Shown piece by piece: positions 34,401 through 64,000 of a stretch of 64,000 nt of DNA; position 1 is the first letter of the stretch, and every line of letters starts with the position of its first letter. A model generated the notes under the pieces. The model did not search any database. It had not been told where the DNA came from and saw only the letters and a list, made by a program, of their open reading frames with translations. Both the position numbers and the translations under genes were made by a program. Source of the stretch: Tubulanus polymorphus (Eukaryota; Animalia; Nemertea); contig NC_134028.1 of NCBI RefSeq assembly GCF_964204645.1, forward strand, positions 2,046,001 through 2,110,000. The letters run 5' to 3'.

Positions 34401-37400
34401 CATACTTGCGCCGTTGTCGATGTCAAAGGCAGATTCCAGATACGTAAAATTAACGATGTCGACTATAGTTTCCTCAGTCGTTATTAGAAGTCAATTTTTT
34501 TGGATAGAAGATTAATGTACAGCAAATTTCTTACAGAGTGAGTACGTTTAGGTTTTCTTACGTGTACTACGAATTATATACATTCGACTATTTGTTTTTT
34601 GATTTAAGGCATTCAACGTTTGCATCTTGAATTAGAAGACATGATTTTCACTTTAAAAAAATCTTTATTGTTCTATCAAGGTTTGCTTCAAACAGAACAT
34701 GACTCGTCTATTAACGCAATTAGTGACTGGACGAGATACGCGGTTATCCAGGTTCAGCAAAATAATTGACGCGTAATTAACGTGAAAACGTGGGGCATGC
34801 AGCGCTAGAGGCATCAAGGACAACTGTTCGCGGCTGGATTTGTCAGTGTCTATCCGGCTGTGTGTTTAATCCGAGCAAGATTGTCCCTGCGTGTCGCTCA
34901 TACCTTGCAGGAACAGAATAATTAGTGCGAGCGCGGTACGTGAGCTGTTGTTTTGTTCTCAGCTTGATTAACATCACTCACTGATTCACGTACGATGTTC
35001 TGTATAAAAAGTACTTGAGTTTCCCTCGGATTTTGGAATGACGATCTGTAAATCTGTTAGCGAGAGGTTATCGTACAAAATCCCTCGATAAGGATGCCCT
35101 CGACCGATGTCAACGATTCTTCGCAACCGTATTCTTTTGTTAGATAAGTGCAGTTTTGGGTTATGTTTAAGTTCTGAGGCTGTAGCGCACGATATCGATC
35201 ACGATATTTGGAATGAGAAACGGAATTTTTGAAATAGTTTAAGGATAAACGATAATGGAAAAGCTTAATGATAAGACGATGGTCATGAACTGCGTGCAGA
35301 ACCAGTGCTGTCTAATGTAGCGGTAGAAAGATTGAGTTGGTGAATATTCATACCACGTTTAAGAAGTTTATACCGCATCAAAAATGATTTTGATTAGTTT
35401 TTTTATTCGTCTGGTTGTACACATACATATCAATATCATTCGGACGGAACTCGGGCGCCTCGAGCATTGCAGACGGGATTCGACCAAAAACGTCTCTGTT
35501 TTTATTTCTCTGCTTCTTTTTATCGACCCGTTGTCCGAGTCAAATAACCTTCCCAAATTCTCGATAAGAAAACAGGTCTCTATCGTCGAGCCCTTTGAGA
35601 CGCATTTATACAGCAGCTTTTATTCAGTAGGGGAAGGGGTTTGTCTGCTATTCGAGCCGTCTCGCTTCGCGGTGGCTTCATTCAACAAAAACATTCTGAT
35701 CGATGCCAGAAATAACAAGAATGTCTATAACAACAATAACAACAATTATACCCCGACTGAAGTTAACCGATATTCGTTTATTTAATCGCTTATTTCGTAC
35801 GGTTGTTTTTATTATGGTATATTCAAACTTACATCAACCCTGTTACTACAATACTGTTTATACCGCATTGAAAAAGATGGGGAATTCATTAGCGACATGC
35901 AATTTATCAAGAATGATAATTCCGGTATTATCTAGAAAATGGACGATACTGTTGGACATACGGGACTTCATTAGTTCATTTAGCACTCGCTGTCCTTGTC
36001 TGGCTATTTCCTACGTTTAACGTGTTTGGAATAATGTTTTTCTTGTATTCAACAGTTCTCACATTACTGAGACAGATTCGCAGTTATGCTCGACGTACGA
36101 AAAGGAACATGAGTCCTTTTCCTAAAGTTCGATTCCGGAAATGAAATTTTCAAATTTTGTATAATTCAACTAACGTTCCGTTGGCCGGTCAAACCCTGAT
36201 ACATATTTTGTGGTCGGCTTTGATTTTGATAAGCCTCCCATACGAGGGCAGTGTTTAATGACTGAGACTTTAGTAGAGACTGAAAAGTGCACATGATTTT
36301 TTTTCAGTGAGATAAAACGTCACCGATAGCTGAAGCCGATGTGATGAATATCCGCATGGTCGGTGATTTCTCTTCGCAAACGCTATAACCACTTTTTTTC
36401 TGATTTATATATGTATATATATATATATGTATAAAGATGTTGGGCTAACACCATTATTGTGTCTGGGTGATAAAATTTGCGCTTTATGGCTCATTAGTTT
36501 GATGGCGTTTGTTTAATGTATCATCTACATACAGCCGTTGTGTCACATAAACTTTTTTGAATCAAATCCTTGACAGGTTCGACATCGCCATCACTTTTTC
36601 TCGCGCACCGGATGACTGGCGAGCAAAAAAATAACAAACGGCGTCTTCCATCGAAGTTTGTTTGATTTTGTGTTATCAAAAATTATAGGCTATTCTGTGT
36701 TTTTGATATTGATGATAGAGTTATCATTCGTGTTGATGTGTGGATGACACATTTACAGCACCATCTCCTGCGTTGCACACGACGATTTAATTCAAGGTGA
36801 GAGCCTGACACAACAAGCGGTTGTTGGTCGTCGTTTTCGAGCCAGCTATGTCTCTCGTCACCCCCGGGGCGCAAAGACATAATTATCTTTCGCGCGTTGA
36901 CTCCAATGCTCGGTCTGGAAACTAATGCGATCGACAAGTTGATAAAGTGTTGGAAGCGGTCCATAAATTTTTTCACTTCCGTTGATATCGATATATATAA
37001 ACACATTTTACCCATCTCATGATTATCTTTAACTCATCGGACCGCGCAACTCGAGAAAATACTAACTCGTTTCAAACGATTCTCGCAAAGAGAAATTATT
37101 TCATTCATCCGTTCATTCCACGCAAAGAAATGTCAACCGAGAATGAACATCGATTTCATCGGGAGATAAGTTAGAAATTGTTTTGACTCGTTCAGCGCTG
37201 ATCGACAGGATACTGTCAAAACTCGTTCGTACCGCGGACTTCTAATTTACCTGGCTAATGATAGCTTGCGAGACTAAAATGTCGATACATCCCGCGTTGA
37301 TTTCAACGTCAGAGCGGAAAGTATTTCTCTGTCTCGTGCGCGTGATGTCATTGCAGAGAGAGCCCGTCGAAATACCTGATGCGACCGAAGGAAATATTAT

Positions 37401-38392
37401 CGGAAACAAATAGAATAAACCGTACAATAGAAGCTCTTGCTGAGAAGAGGTTTTAATGGATATGAAAGCGGTCTTGCTTTTAAGTACTCGTTTCATGCGT
37501 GACTAAGGTCTGTCTCCTGAACATTCTATATATAGTTAAATTTGTAAAAACCGATTTTTTCCTTTTTCGTCAAAACCTTTTTTTTATCATGCAGTAACTT
37601 TTAGTGAGATATTCGAGTTTCCACCATCTAAATGGTTACGGAAAAGCATCGATAAGACATTCTTGTTTTCTTTTAATAATTAGGAGATATTCTTTGAGAT
37701 GATTTGTGCGTGTTTCTGCTTATCTTACAGTAAAAATAAACGCGATTTTTAATACTAGAAATTAAAGATTATTTCTGCGATTAATCTTGATAAATGATTA
37801 CTGGAATGAGAGAGGAAACCAGTACATTTTGAATAAGCCATTATTTCCGGGAGACTTGCGGAATTAAGAAACCACTGCTTTTCGTGTTGTTGCATATGAA
37901 TGGAATATCAAAATATACATGTGTTGATGTAGTCAAGCCAACGCATAAATGCGAGTGACGTTCTCTTTTAAAAATTCGCCCATTTGTAAGAACGGTCTTT
38001 TGATATTCTATACACTTATTTCAATAGAGTCTGGGGGAGGTTTGCACGTGATGATTATTGAACCACGTCAACTCTAATGGAAATTTTCACTGCTATCGTT
38101 ACAGGTCATTGGACAGAACTTCCGGTTTCGACGAGGCAACCAACCGAATCGAAGAAAAAAGGCGTGTCCTGCCATATTAGTAAGCATCAAACAGATCGTG
38201 AAACTGAAGAATAAGACAAGAGGTCACTATGCGGCCATCGCTTGAAACACGGATTCAGATTCTCGAATGCGGCACAAAATTCTAGGATCGATTCCGAATC
38301 CAACTGAGGATACAATCTACAGAATTGCTATTTTCCGCTGCAGATAATGGCAGATAGATAAACAAATCCAGTCGAGATAGAACGGAAACAAT

Positions 38393-52570
<14,178 letters not shown>

Positions 52571-55563
52571 CGACACACTGTATTATCGTATACAGGCAGT
52601 ATCTGAGTGTTTATTGTAACGAGTTGTTTATTTCGACGTAAGAACAATTGCGACATCCCTCGTTAAGAAAACGTGTTGAATAACTACAAACATAATTTGT
52701 TTATATCGTTGAAGGTTTCATGAAATTGAATGATTTTGAATATGAATATGTAAACGATGAAATACTTTATATATATATATATATATAGAATACATTGACG
52801 CTGATTAGGAGACATGAAAAACACGCTACGTCATTAGTTTCATTTCATCATATTATACACGTAAATATTCTTATCTAACCGGTGATTGAACTTTGCTGAC
52901 GAAGCGCCCCCTCCCCCGATTCTGTTGGTTGACTTACAAAACGGACGAATGTGAGAGTTTTATCAATCAAAATGCTTGGGTTGTCGTATTATGAGATTAT
53001 CAAGACGCTTTCATAGGATCGACAGAAGCGCAGTTAATTAGAACCAGTTGTCAATCATCTTTCATTTCAACAACCGTGCTCAGAATTGATATGCCATTAC
53101 TTAATAATACGGGTATTGTAATGGAACTAATGTATCGGTGAATATTAAAGGATTTAAATGAGTTCTAATTGATTTTATAATTTGCGATGAATTGGTGGGG
53201 TTTGAATATTATCCATAATACTGACGGGCTGATACAACTTAAAGTAGGTTTAATTGAAATTTTGCTGATTTTGTGTTTTGTCAAGTAAAGATAGCATCAT
53301 AGTAAATCGTGTATATAAATTCCATTATCGATATCCATGCGACAAAATATTGCATATTGATTTCCATATCAAAGCCCTCGCCCCGAAACATTTCATAAGT
53401 ATGTAAAAAATGTAAATAATATTGTATCATGACATTAACGCTTTTACTCATAATATTTGATATTTCTGTTCAGTTGGAATAATATAAAAAGGTTAAGATT
53501 ATACTGGCATATTGTGTTATCAAAATACAGGTTAAATACAAAATCATCGAGATAAATAAAATCAAAAGATCTTTTTGCATATGGTCATCCACTTTCTTAT
53601 CATTTTCTGAAAATGTTTAAACGAGAATTTATCAGCAACTCACATCGGAAATCAAAATGGCGTACTCTGTATGTGGTCAGTTCAGTGGAGAATCGCGTAA
53701 TGTCTGTCTATTTTGAGGTATTTTCCCTGGGAATGGATCGTTGTCGTCAAAACATTTTCTCGTCAGCCGCAACTTTTCATTAAAATCACTTCATTTTCAA
53801 AACTCTATCCATTCTCAATTTAACAAATAAATTCCTCATATCCGAACGAACTGTGTGCGATATTTCGAGGATGTAGTAGAAAGAATGGTTTTATGCGATG
53901 TTATTGCTCAAAATGAGAAAAACGCTTGTCCATAAATCTCTTCATTATCTCAGCTGAAAATGCGGTTCGAGAGATACTGTTCAGCTGAGAAGATGAACTT
54001 TTATCACCCTTTCTAACTTACACAGGGCTTTTACGCGGTATGTCTAGATTTTACGCCGCAAGGCAGTCGACCAGGAATGGAGCGTATATACTGAAAGTAC
54101 AAGTCTCCGTCTGAGATGTGTTACAAGTGTAATTGCGTATTGGATGGACTGTATTTACTTGGCGAGAAGAAAATAGGAAAAGCCACCGTTGCCGCATCAC
54201 TGTTTTCCATCTCCGACTTCCTTCTCAAGTAAAGAGGAAAAGCCGTCGAAATAGTTATACGCGGGTTCGATAGTTTAATCAGGAGTAAAGGCTTTTTTAA
54301 CGTCGTTCTGTCGTAAACCGAACAGTGGCGCTGTACATTACGCGAGCAACTGTGAACGACGTGCGATCCTTACCGTACGATCCATTGTTTGCGAAGTACT
54401 TCGATGATAGCGCATTGGCAACAATAACTACTACAGCAATATCTCAGATGCGTATGAGTTTTACCGACTGACGAACTAACCTGGATCGAGAAATGACATC
54501 AGAAAAGCAGGGAACTTTTCGTGAAGATTTACTTCTAAGATAAAGAGCTAAAACAGCGTTGGTTGATATGCAGCACTTTCCGTGATTTTTTCGGAATAAA
54601 AATCTAAACCATATGGAGCAATACTACGGATGGAATTTGAATAATTCGGTTAATCAAAAGTATTTCAAGAAAAAAGAGGCTCGATTAACAACTGGTTGAG
54701 ACAATAATTTAATGGCGCAGTAATTAGACTAAACAGACTAGCGATCAGTGTTTACAGGCTAATAATTACTACCGCCGGGAATCAGTTAGTTATTGATATC
54801 GTGTTTCGATCGTACGGAGGTAATTAAAGACTCAGTAGGAATGAAAATGGCTTATTGCGAAAATTGGTAGAAATAATCGACTAAAAGAATGAGTTTATGT
54901 GCGACTAGACAGCAAGCGAAACCCGAATCAAGAGGCGATGTCAGTAAAACACATTTTCAACTCGTCACTTTTTCGTCGCTTAAGATCATCTATTGAATTC
55001 TATCTCCAGTCGCCAGCACTCAATCGTTCTGCAAGCTCCGCAAAACTAGTCGAGCTGATAATATCATTGATTTCTCTACCGCTAATTGCGACAAATATGC
55101 CAAATATCATTTGACAAATCATCGAGAATCTCAAAGAAAACGTTGCTGTATGAACTCCAAATGAACGTCTTCGCACTTAACCAGAAAAAAACATTCCGAA
55201 AGAAAAAACGGCAATTACGTTATTTCGATATTAGATTATTAAGCGTGAGATCCATCTAGTATTTGATCAGGTACGATTCTAAATCGTTAAATTGGCTTTC
55301 AACTTGATTTGACGTCTTTGATATAGTAGAGCGAGCGCGTGCTTCCGGACTTTAAGAGTGATATGTGTAGTGATAATCATGGTACGGTAGAAATCAACAG
55401 GGGATTCGGTATATGGTGAGTTGTTACTAATTATCCACTTACAGTGTTGTATTTCTCCGCTATTACATATATAAATATGTATAACATGTTAAGAAACTTG
55501 GTTAATACAGTCATATTTGGTCATATTTTCTAGATACTCGTCGAATTGACGCTAAAAATACAA

Positions 55564-55941
55564 ATGAATCGAGCGAAGAAGTCAATTTGTATGATCGCTT
55601 TGATCTGCGGTGCTATGATAGAAATAACACTAAGCGAAACGTTCAAAATTGGCTACTTGATGGCTCATAATCAGGAGAAACAAGTCAAAAAAGGCCTTGT
55701 CGGCGGCTTGATATCGGGGGCCATCACTTACGCTATGGACGTCATAAACAACGACCCCGATTTATTGCGAGGTCACAAATTGGATTTAATATATAACGAT
55801 ACGGCTGGAGATCAGCTGCGCAGTTGTAAGGCTATAACTGAACAGTGGCGAAGAGGTGCCATCGTCTTCTTCGGTCCAGAGGACACCTGCGACATCGAGG
55901 CAAGAGTCGCAGCTTCTTGGAACCTTCCGATCATCGCATAT
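55564..55941 (+). CDS. Second receptor-type guanylyl cyclase, first coding exon only (signal peptide + start of the ANF-receptor ectodomain); the rest probably lies beyond the right edge
   Basis: Acceptor ttttctag at 55533, ATG at 55564, donor TAT|gtaagt at 55941. Translation FKIGYLM..ISGAITYAMDVINNDPDLL..QWRRGAIVFFGPEDTCDIEARVAASWNLPIIAY aligns with exon 1 of the upstream cyclase, with the same phase-0 intron position. I recognised no second exon before 64000. Confidence 0.85.
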
Positions 55942-58900
55942 GTAAGTGAACTACGCAAATCACTTGTGATGTGAAAATTCCCATAATCAGTTCGAAAAAA
56001 GACACAAATTTCTTGCAATAAATGAAGATAATTGTATTTTTAAGCAACGTTTCGGCTTTACTAATAGCCATCATCGGCAGTCGAATCGTTGCTCAAATAA
56101 TTCGACATCTATGCGAGAACTTTTCGTCTTTAACTAATTACGTAAATATTCAATATATTGAATATCGTGTATCTCATCGACCTAAAATTCATTTGATTTT
56201 CAACAACAAAATCAATCATTGTATTATATCTTATATTCTATCCGAACTGGAATATGAATAATGATATTGATTAAGATGAAAAACTTTATAATCCACAATG
56301 GAAAACGGCCGTTTATCCAAACGAACGTAATAGCAAAATATAAGACGCGAACGTAATATATGAACTTATTTCGCTCGTGAAACTTGTCTTACAAAAGGGT
56401 TTCGTTTGCTCAAGCTATTCGTTTAAAAATATAGCATATGATCTGCGATAATATCAGACCGCTAGATAACTAGTACGGTTTCTTTCTTGACACGGATGTG
56501 CATCTAGCTCGCTAATATGCTAATAGAGTCATGTTTTCCTACCATCTCGTCGTCGCCTTCTAAAGCCAAGAAAATATGTCACGCACCAAAGGTTAATACT
56601 AATACGAACGGACTTCGTACGCGGATTTCTTTTTTTTCGCGATAACGAGAAATATTGCAATTGATGAATAACGAAGCTAACATGATATAATGGCACTAGG
56701 TAAATAACTGTGCCGCTATGAAATGGACATTATCGAATGTACACATGCTTGTCCTTGTGCCGTGCGATTTTTTGCCTGTTCATATCTGAACTACGATGTA
56801 CAACGAATGCTCTGCACGAACTGATCACTTTGATGTGTCGTACTATGCTTGGTTTTGTGTGGGGTTTATAGTATTGCCGAGTAAACTGAAACGAGTGGTT
56901 TTATTTGCCGCCGCGGAATCTCTCTATCTCTCGACCTGACAATTCTTTTATCGTCGAACGAAATTGAGTTAAAATACTGCACATGTAGTTATTTTCATTG
57001 AGTTATAACCGCTCTGTGAACTGAAATTGCTTCTGTTTGAAAACCAAGACTCCCGCGGTTGCCCGTACAGTGGCCGCAGATCTGATTTTTTCAGAATACC
57101 AGTTCACATCCTCTAGTTCTACTGCTGCCGCACCTGTCTCGATCTGAGCTAATAAATGAATTTAGTCAGAATTCTCCACAGAAATCGACGAGATTTTCTA
57201 GGATACCCCTTCACCTGTAAAAAAATAAATCAATTTTTCATTGTTTTTTTATTTCCGAGTAGTCTTCGTGGATATCGCAAACCCCGTACAATGGTCTAAG
57301 GAAACACTTTCACAGATTCGTTCTCTTCACGCTATTTGTGGTAATAAGTTATTATCGATGATTCGAGCAAACAGAAGTTGTAAACATAAATATCATGTAT
57401 AAATGATGAATCGTTAGTAGATATATTCCACGCATCGTTTACTACAAAATGTTCGTGATTCAATCGTAATGACCCCGAAAAAACTAAGTTTTTTTCCTGC
57501 ATGGATTTTTCTCCGTGATCAATTTAACAGGGAGGTATCCATCATTGATACATTCACTATTATGAATCAGTCTGTGGTATAAGTATTCAGCAATCAATGC
57601 ATTATATCTGTAATATAATATATCGTGTCCCCCGAAGACAAACATATTTATAGTCGAATTAATAGATTTTATGTAAACATTTGCCAATCAAAACGAAAGG
57701 GAATGCCGTGGGTGCACTGCATGTCCGTGTGTTGGCGTATACGACCTTGACATCGTTTGCAACGAAGGTCGATGAAAGTAATGAAATGTTTACGAAATAA
57801 GGTGTAACTTGAAACATAATGATGATAGTAACATTGCCTTAATACAGAACAATGGAATCATGATAGATGTACGCATTATCACAAACTATTATCGGTCGAG
57901 GATGCCGAACAGTCGTGGTATGAATCGGTTGTATCAAGTTTATTTTTTCTCCGTGATATCGATAAAATGGCCTGAAAATCTGATTAATTCGATTTGAAAA
58001 CAGACAAGAAAAGTATAAGGTAAATTTAAAAGATATCCTTCGTAAAACGGGATTTTCATAATCAGTCGAATATCAATAATTGTCAGTGTGTTAGTAATGA
58101 TTAATCTCGGGGAGGATTGTCCGTTCAACTCGTGAACGGTTATTGCTCCTGACACGACGTTTATATGCAGATTAGTTACGCCATTAAGCAGCGAAGAGAC
58201 TCGAGCAGCGCGCGTAAAAATCACCTAAAAACTTACTGGATGCAATAAATACTATGCGTCTTTATATTCTCCGAATACATTCTTAGAATTATGAAAGTTT
58301 TATTTGACATTTCGCCAGAAATTCTTCAGGAATAGGTGACGATTTAATGATCGCAGTTTTCTTTACCCGTCGTTTAATGACTATTGACGCCATCATTTTA
58401 ATTACATAATTGCGAATCGATTCGGTATACGGCATTTTACATTTTGCAACTATGAATTATTGATGATTCTGCCATTAAAGTTTCCCTCTGTAAATCAGTA
58501 TATATTATTAATATACATGTATACACTACCCGGTGTCACATCGCGTTACGAAGGCGATTATAAAAGTTCCCTATATCGAAATAGATAGATAAATATACTT
58601 TGAAACAAAGATAGGAACCTTCCAAACATTTTGAACCAAACGAATTTTCATCAGTTTGCTACGAGGAGAGGGAATATATAGGCAGGAAACATCGAGTGAA
58701 GAGAAACATATTGATCAAAGCTCATCTTCACCACCAGCTGTTTGTTATAACACTTATACGTGAATATGTATAGAGATGGATAATCTTGGTTATCAGAATA
58801 CTTTTTTGACTATATGCCATTACGCTTACTGTTATCGGGAAAATAGTTTTCTCCTGATGATGTGTCCTACGATATTCATTAGAAAACAACCGATTGATAC

Positions 58901-61900
58901 GTGGGCAGAAATTTCCTGACCATCTTTGAAGAGGCCTTCCCACGAAGAGAAGCCACTAAGTGCGAGGCTGATAACAACTCAAGAAAGGAATATTTTCTTA
59001 GTTCATCATCGCTAGTGATAGAAAGATATGATACAAATAGATACAATATAACGAATATCCCGTTCTCACAAACATCTAGAAATATACGCATCGAAATAAG
59101 TCTAAATGTGCTCAATTTTCGAAATAACGTGCTCAAACTTGAGAATTAGGATGCATCACTGTCTGTATGATTGAAGAGTTCACAGAGCGGATGGGACGGT
59201 GCGGGGATGTGAACCCCCACCTCACAAGTGTTTGTTAAGTTGCCCTGAAATTTCCTACGAAAAAACAAAAAATGAAATAGTTTTAAATTCATAAGCTTGT
59301 TCTCTGTATTTCCAAATATAAGTTGATGTTTTCCAATGAGTTTTTTGCCGGGGTGCCCTTTAAATGATATGCCCTCTATTTCGGGGGTGCTCCCCACCCT
59401 GAATCAGACCCTAGATCTGCTATCGACGAACATCACTAAATAAGCACATTAAATTGATGTAAATCGTACTGATGATGTATGTGACGTATCGACATCATGT
59501 TTGAATTGAAATCAGTGTCAAAGACACGATATTATCACTAGCGCATACGCAGTAAACGTCACAGATATAAAACCATTTCGCTTGACTAACTACAAGTCGC
59601 AAGATTTACCCGAATATCAAAACTAGAACGCTTTTAATTTCCGCTTTCTCGCTCAATCGAGCCGAGGTAGCGTAACGTGCCGCTTGTCAAAATATTTATG
59701 ATTTCGACTTTTCCTCTCTTTATCGGGAATTTCATTTGACGCGCATAGTTTTGTGATCTGTGATATGTAATTATCCTGTCTTTTTATGGCGTCGTTTCAT
59801 TCAACGCAAAAAAAAGATCCAGTCCTCGTAGCATGTCGGGATTAATACGCTGATTATTGTGCTTTTTGCTAATGACTTGTGTCACGGAGAGAGAGTGGCC
59901 AGATATCTTTCGTTCATAATCAGAATGAAAGGGATGTATTTTATCCTGTAATCGCTTTTATCTGGCGGATGTGACATTTATTCCTATAAGCTTATACAGG
60001 TTTTTCAACTAAAGTCCACGGGAATGAATCCATCCTGTAAAAGGTTTTCGATGTCAACACCACATCAGATACTCGAGAGAGAAAAGTTGGATCTAGGTTT
60101 TCTGACGTCATTCAGAGTCACCGCAACAACTTATCGATCGACATTTTGCGACCATCTTAAAAATTCATTCAGTTATTTTCAATATTTGCCAGCCATCTTG
60201 GGCCTGTATACACTGAATTACCGCTGAGCAGAAAAAATAACCGATCTAACTATAACTCGGTCTGTATTTCATCCGTGGCTCTGGTGAATATAGCATATCA
60301 ATCATTTCATGAAGCAACGCCACTCTTTCTAAAAGACCACGATTTCTGTCTTTAATGACGAATAATCTTTCAACGCTATCTTCAACAAAGGCTTTCAATA
60401 TTGTTTTTTACGATAATCTTCTTCTAATCGGATATCACTGCGCAACATAACACCAAGTTCAAACCAGATATGGAGAAAAGTTCCGAGTTGATGGAACAAA
60501 TCAAGTTTTCATATTTCTTATGGATACCTTACAATAATGATATCGCCATTTAAACGACCAAATCTGGAAATATTATACGCAACATTTATGCGCGATCAAT
60601 GTTTGGCGCTGCAGGTAAATGTAAACGATACCATTATTTGGCACAGTTATAGAGTAATCTAGAGTCGCCCAAGGTGAAAATAGTGAAAAATAGCAACAGT
60701 CATTGTTTAAAGAGTATGTTACACTGACGTCTATTGTTCTATCGAGTAAAATATAAATATTATAGAGTGTCGTAGATTCGATATTACAATTGATAAATCA
60801 ATTATATTGCACTAAACTTCGGGATATGCGTTAGATTTTACTCTGGGATGGAAAACGATAGAACTGAACTGGTCAATTAACGGAGCTCGCAATGATACGA
60901 AGATGTCGAAGAGTCGATGGCACTTTTTAATGAAATATAAACACAAAATCTGCCGCACGTAACATTTTATTGTTAACGTTAGAATTGCATCACAGATGTG
61001 GATGACATGAAATGACTTTCAAAGTTAATAGATTGCACTATAATTACAGGCGGTATCAGTGATTTCTATATCCTTCGGAGGCGGTGTAAACTAAAAGCAC
61101 CCGCCCAATGTTGAATATACACGGCACCCACGGCATCATCAATGATTTCATACTGACGCATCATTCACATTCATAGCGTTGAATTCGTTGATATTTTCGA
61201 TACATTCATTGATGGCGGCCCGTGAAAGCAAAATGGATTATTTTGTTTTATATATAACTAGTTTACGCCGGAATTGATCAAAACCACCTGCAATAATAGT
61301 GTTAGAAGGATAATTCCTGTCAACCGTTTTTTTTTTCGATCAACGTGTTTAAGCCGTAATGAATATTAAAAGCTTATTAACGATGTCCTATTGTTTAATA
61401 CCAATCTGGGGCTAGGTATTTCTCATAAGTTTCTCATTATATGTATATATCTAAGCAGACATATAATAACAACGGGTTAATTTGTTCTCCCGCCTCCCAC
61501 ATACAGACGACTTCGTTCATCGATATCGACGATTACTAGGAATCAATTTACATGTTTACATATGTTTGTCTGTTTGCTTGTCTTTCTCGTGGTTTTTACT
61601 CATGTCTGCAGTATAGTGTTTTACAATGAAGAGAAACCAAGATATCGGTTCTGAAAAATGAAATTAGAAAATGGCGGCCACGCCTTACCAGATTTTTGTG
61701 TCCTAATTCTTGACGTCGGTTTATTTCAAGCATCGACGGATAGAACGGTTATTTTTACGGTATGGTTTAGAGATTTGCGCACAAAATAACCTCGTAAATT
61801 CCACCGATACTAACTACGTCTGAATGCAGCTGATGATTTTCATTTTTGTAAGGTTTCGTCTACAGTAGAAATCCAGACAACGAATCATGCGTCAACACAA

Positions 61901-64000
61901 TATCGAGAAGTTGATTAATCGATTTATGGGTCTATGATTGATGGCGTATGCTTAGAAATCTCATTTCGGTATATCCTAGAAAATCCCGAATGGTGACCCC
62001 TGGACCTATTCTCATTTAAATTCTCTGAAACATCGATGTTTTGACAGTCTAAGATGTCAAAACAATAATATTCACTGTCACACTCTGAGAAGTCAAAGTA
62101 ATACATTCTTCGGTAAGGGGTGTTATTTTAGTGAAAATCCATGATCTAAAGGTCATTCTTAAGGGGTGATTACTAAGTATTCACAAACAAATTCAGACGG
62201 CATTAATCATCTATATAATTAGAAAATTAGACATATTGTCTGAGCCTTTGAGACCGTTTCGATGGGTGTTTGATAAATGTCCCTTGCCGAGTTCATCGTG
62301 GGTCCTGAGGCCTGCGTTTACTCGTTATCGACTTGTTTCGTTGAGACCCTTCCACAAGATTCAGCGATATACTTCCACAAAAAACCGCGCATCAGTAAAA
62401 TGAAAGTCGTGCAGTGATTTGCTGGAAATGATCGAATGACTTTTTGCATTCAATCTTATCCGAGCATCTGTACAAATATTCGAGTAGTGATTGAGATTTT
62501 CGGTTGACAGATCATCAGATCGTTTGGAGATTCTGAATCATAATTATGTATATGAATAAAGCAGCTTTTCGCCGTGCCCGCCGGGAACCTGTAGCGTAGC
62601 GGCTTTCTGATAGATACACGCCGTGTTAGGAGCGCATCAATTAAGGTTTGTCGAGTGGAAAAAATAGATGTGAGAAATGTCCTGTGTCTGGAGCTGTTCA
62701 GACGGAATGTATGATCACCACGCTGTTTGATAATGTGACTCTGCCAGCTCCGATTCGCACAAGACACTTTTCAGCTTATCCGGATCCTGCATTTTACTAC
62801 GACATTATATTATGAAAAATTCATATGTAACATTGCAAATTTCTTTATCATATAATTTAATTTTGAAATGTAAAATAAATTCATTCATTCATTCATTCAT
62901 AAGCCATGGAACTAAAGTCACAGACAAGTAAACCGAACAATGATACTCAAAGACAGTTATGCACTGCGCTTTTTTCTTATGAAGGATTTCCATAGCTATC
63001 ACGCGCAACCAATGAACAGAATTTTAATGTAGGCCGATCTCGCAGCTTCAGTGCACTGTAGACTAGACTGTGACATGTCTAGCTCGTTCTGTTTCTGCGG
63101 GATTACCATCATTGCAATTAAAAATCTGAAGTCAATCGCTGCAGTCTTTTTCGTGATGCTCGCACTGCACGAGTATATAATTGAATTTAATTATAACCTA
63201 GGATATTTAACAGCAATCAAAACCTGCGTGTTGCGTGACTGGTTTTTCTCATGTAGCTTCCGCAATCGTCCACTTCGCGGGGATCAGCCGACTGAGCATG
63301 AAGACCGAGTAATCAATCACCGGAAAACAATCAAGCTAGCACCGAACCGGTGAAATGGTGATGAGAAATTGTCCTCTATACACATCACAACATGCTGTTA
63401 ATAGATCGGTACTTTCATCGCCTCCGTGATTCATACCAACGCAATATCATTGTTAATGTCGTTGTTTATTGGCCAGAAAAACAGTTCAACGAGACACCAG
63501 AGAAAGAAGACTTCATTGGGCGCAAAGTGAAACCTTCATCGAAGATTGATAAGGCGTATTTTCGGTGATCCAGTCATAATTAGGGTATATAGAGTAAATT
63601 GAACAAGATGGCCGAACACCAGTCCGCATATATATTGCTTCTGATATCTAACATCCAGTTGGTAATGTAAAGTATTCAATGCCACACCTCGGTAAACATG
63701 ACGTATATGAAGATATATGTTATTCTTCTCATCTGGTTCATCTTATGAGGTATTTATGCACCTGGTGACATAAGGTTCTATCGTTAATTCAAAATGGCGG
63801 AAGTTTGATGACGATTCTTTCGTAGAAAACAGCGCTGATTTGACAGATAACACTAAAACTACTAATCATATCTGAAATATCGACAACGTGGATAGATGAA
63901 TAAATAGTTTGCTTTGCCTTTTAAGGTACAAGCTTTCGGCATACGCTGAACTCGGCTAGATATATGTATAAATCCTCGGTCTCCGGGGTGCGCTCTGTGA

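Noticed and set aside
59185-59420. G/C-run-rich patch resembling an old MITE
   Set aside because: I could not define matching TIRs or a target-site duplication with confidence.

Overview
AT-rich, intron-containing animal DNA, probably from a marine invertebrate (spiralian-like); most entries in the ORF track are exon fragments or noise. I assembled four spliced genes by hand from GT-AG sites and phase checks. (1) The 5' part of an axonemal outer-arm dynein beta heavy chain lies on the minus strand (17 exons, ~1,240 aa visible, runs off the left edge). (2) Head-to-head with it is a complete 19-exon long-chain acyl-CoA synthetase (~673 aa). (3) After ~23 kb without coding sequence comes a complete 22-exon receptor guanylyl cyclase (~1,185 aa, Gyc32E-like). 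(4) The first coding exon of a second, divergent receptor guanylyl cyclase follows in tandem. Non-coding features include an RFX X-box upstream of the dynein, a GC-rich self-complementary element with a Helitron-like 3' end in the shared promoter region, short CWG-flanked palindromic MITEs in dynein introns (two of them fused), a 1.44-kb TTAA-flanked Kolobok-like element, a tRNA-Leu pseudogene, a (GATA)n tract and a two-variant 22-bp minisatellite. I see no clear-cut novel system. The best leads are the promoter element, the fused MITEs, the tandem cyclase pair and an exon/intron CpG contrast in the dynein gene.
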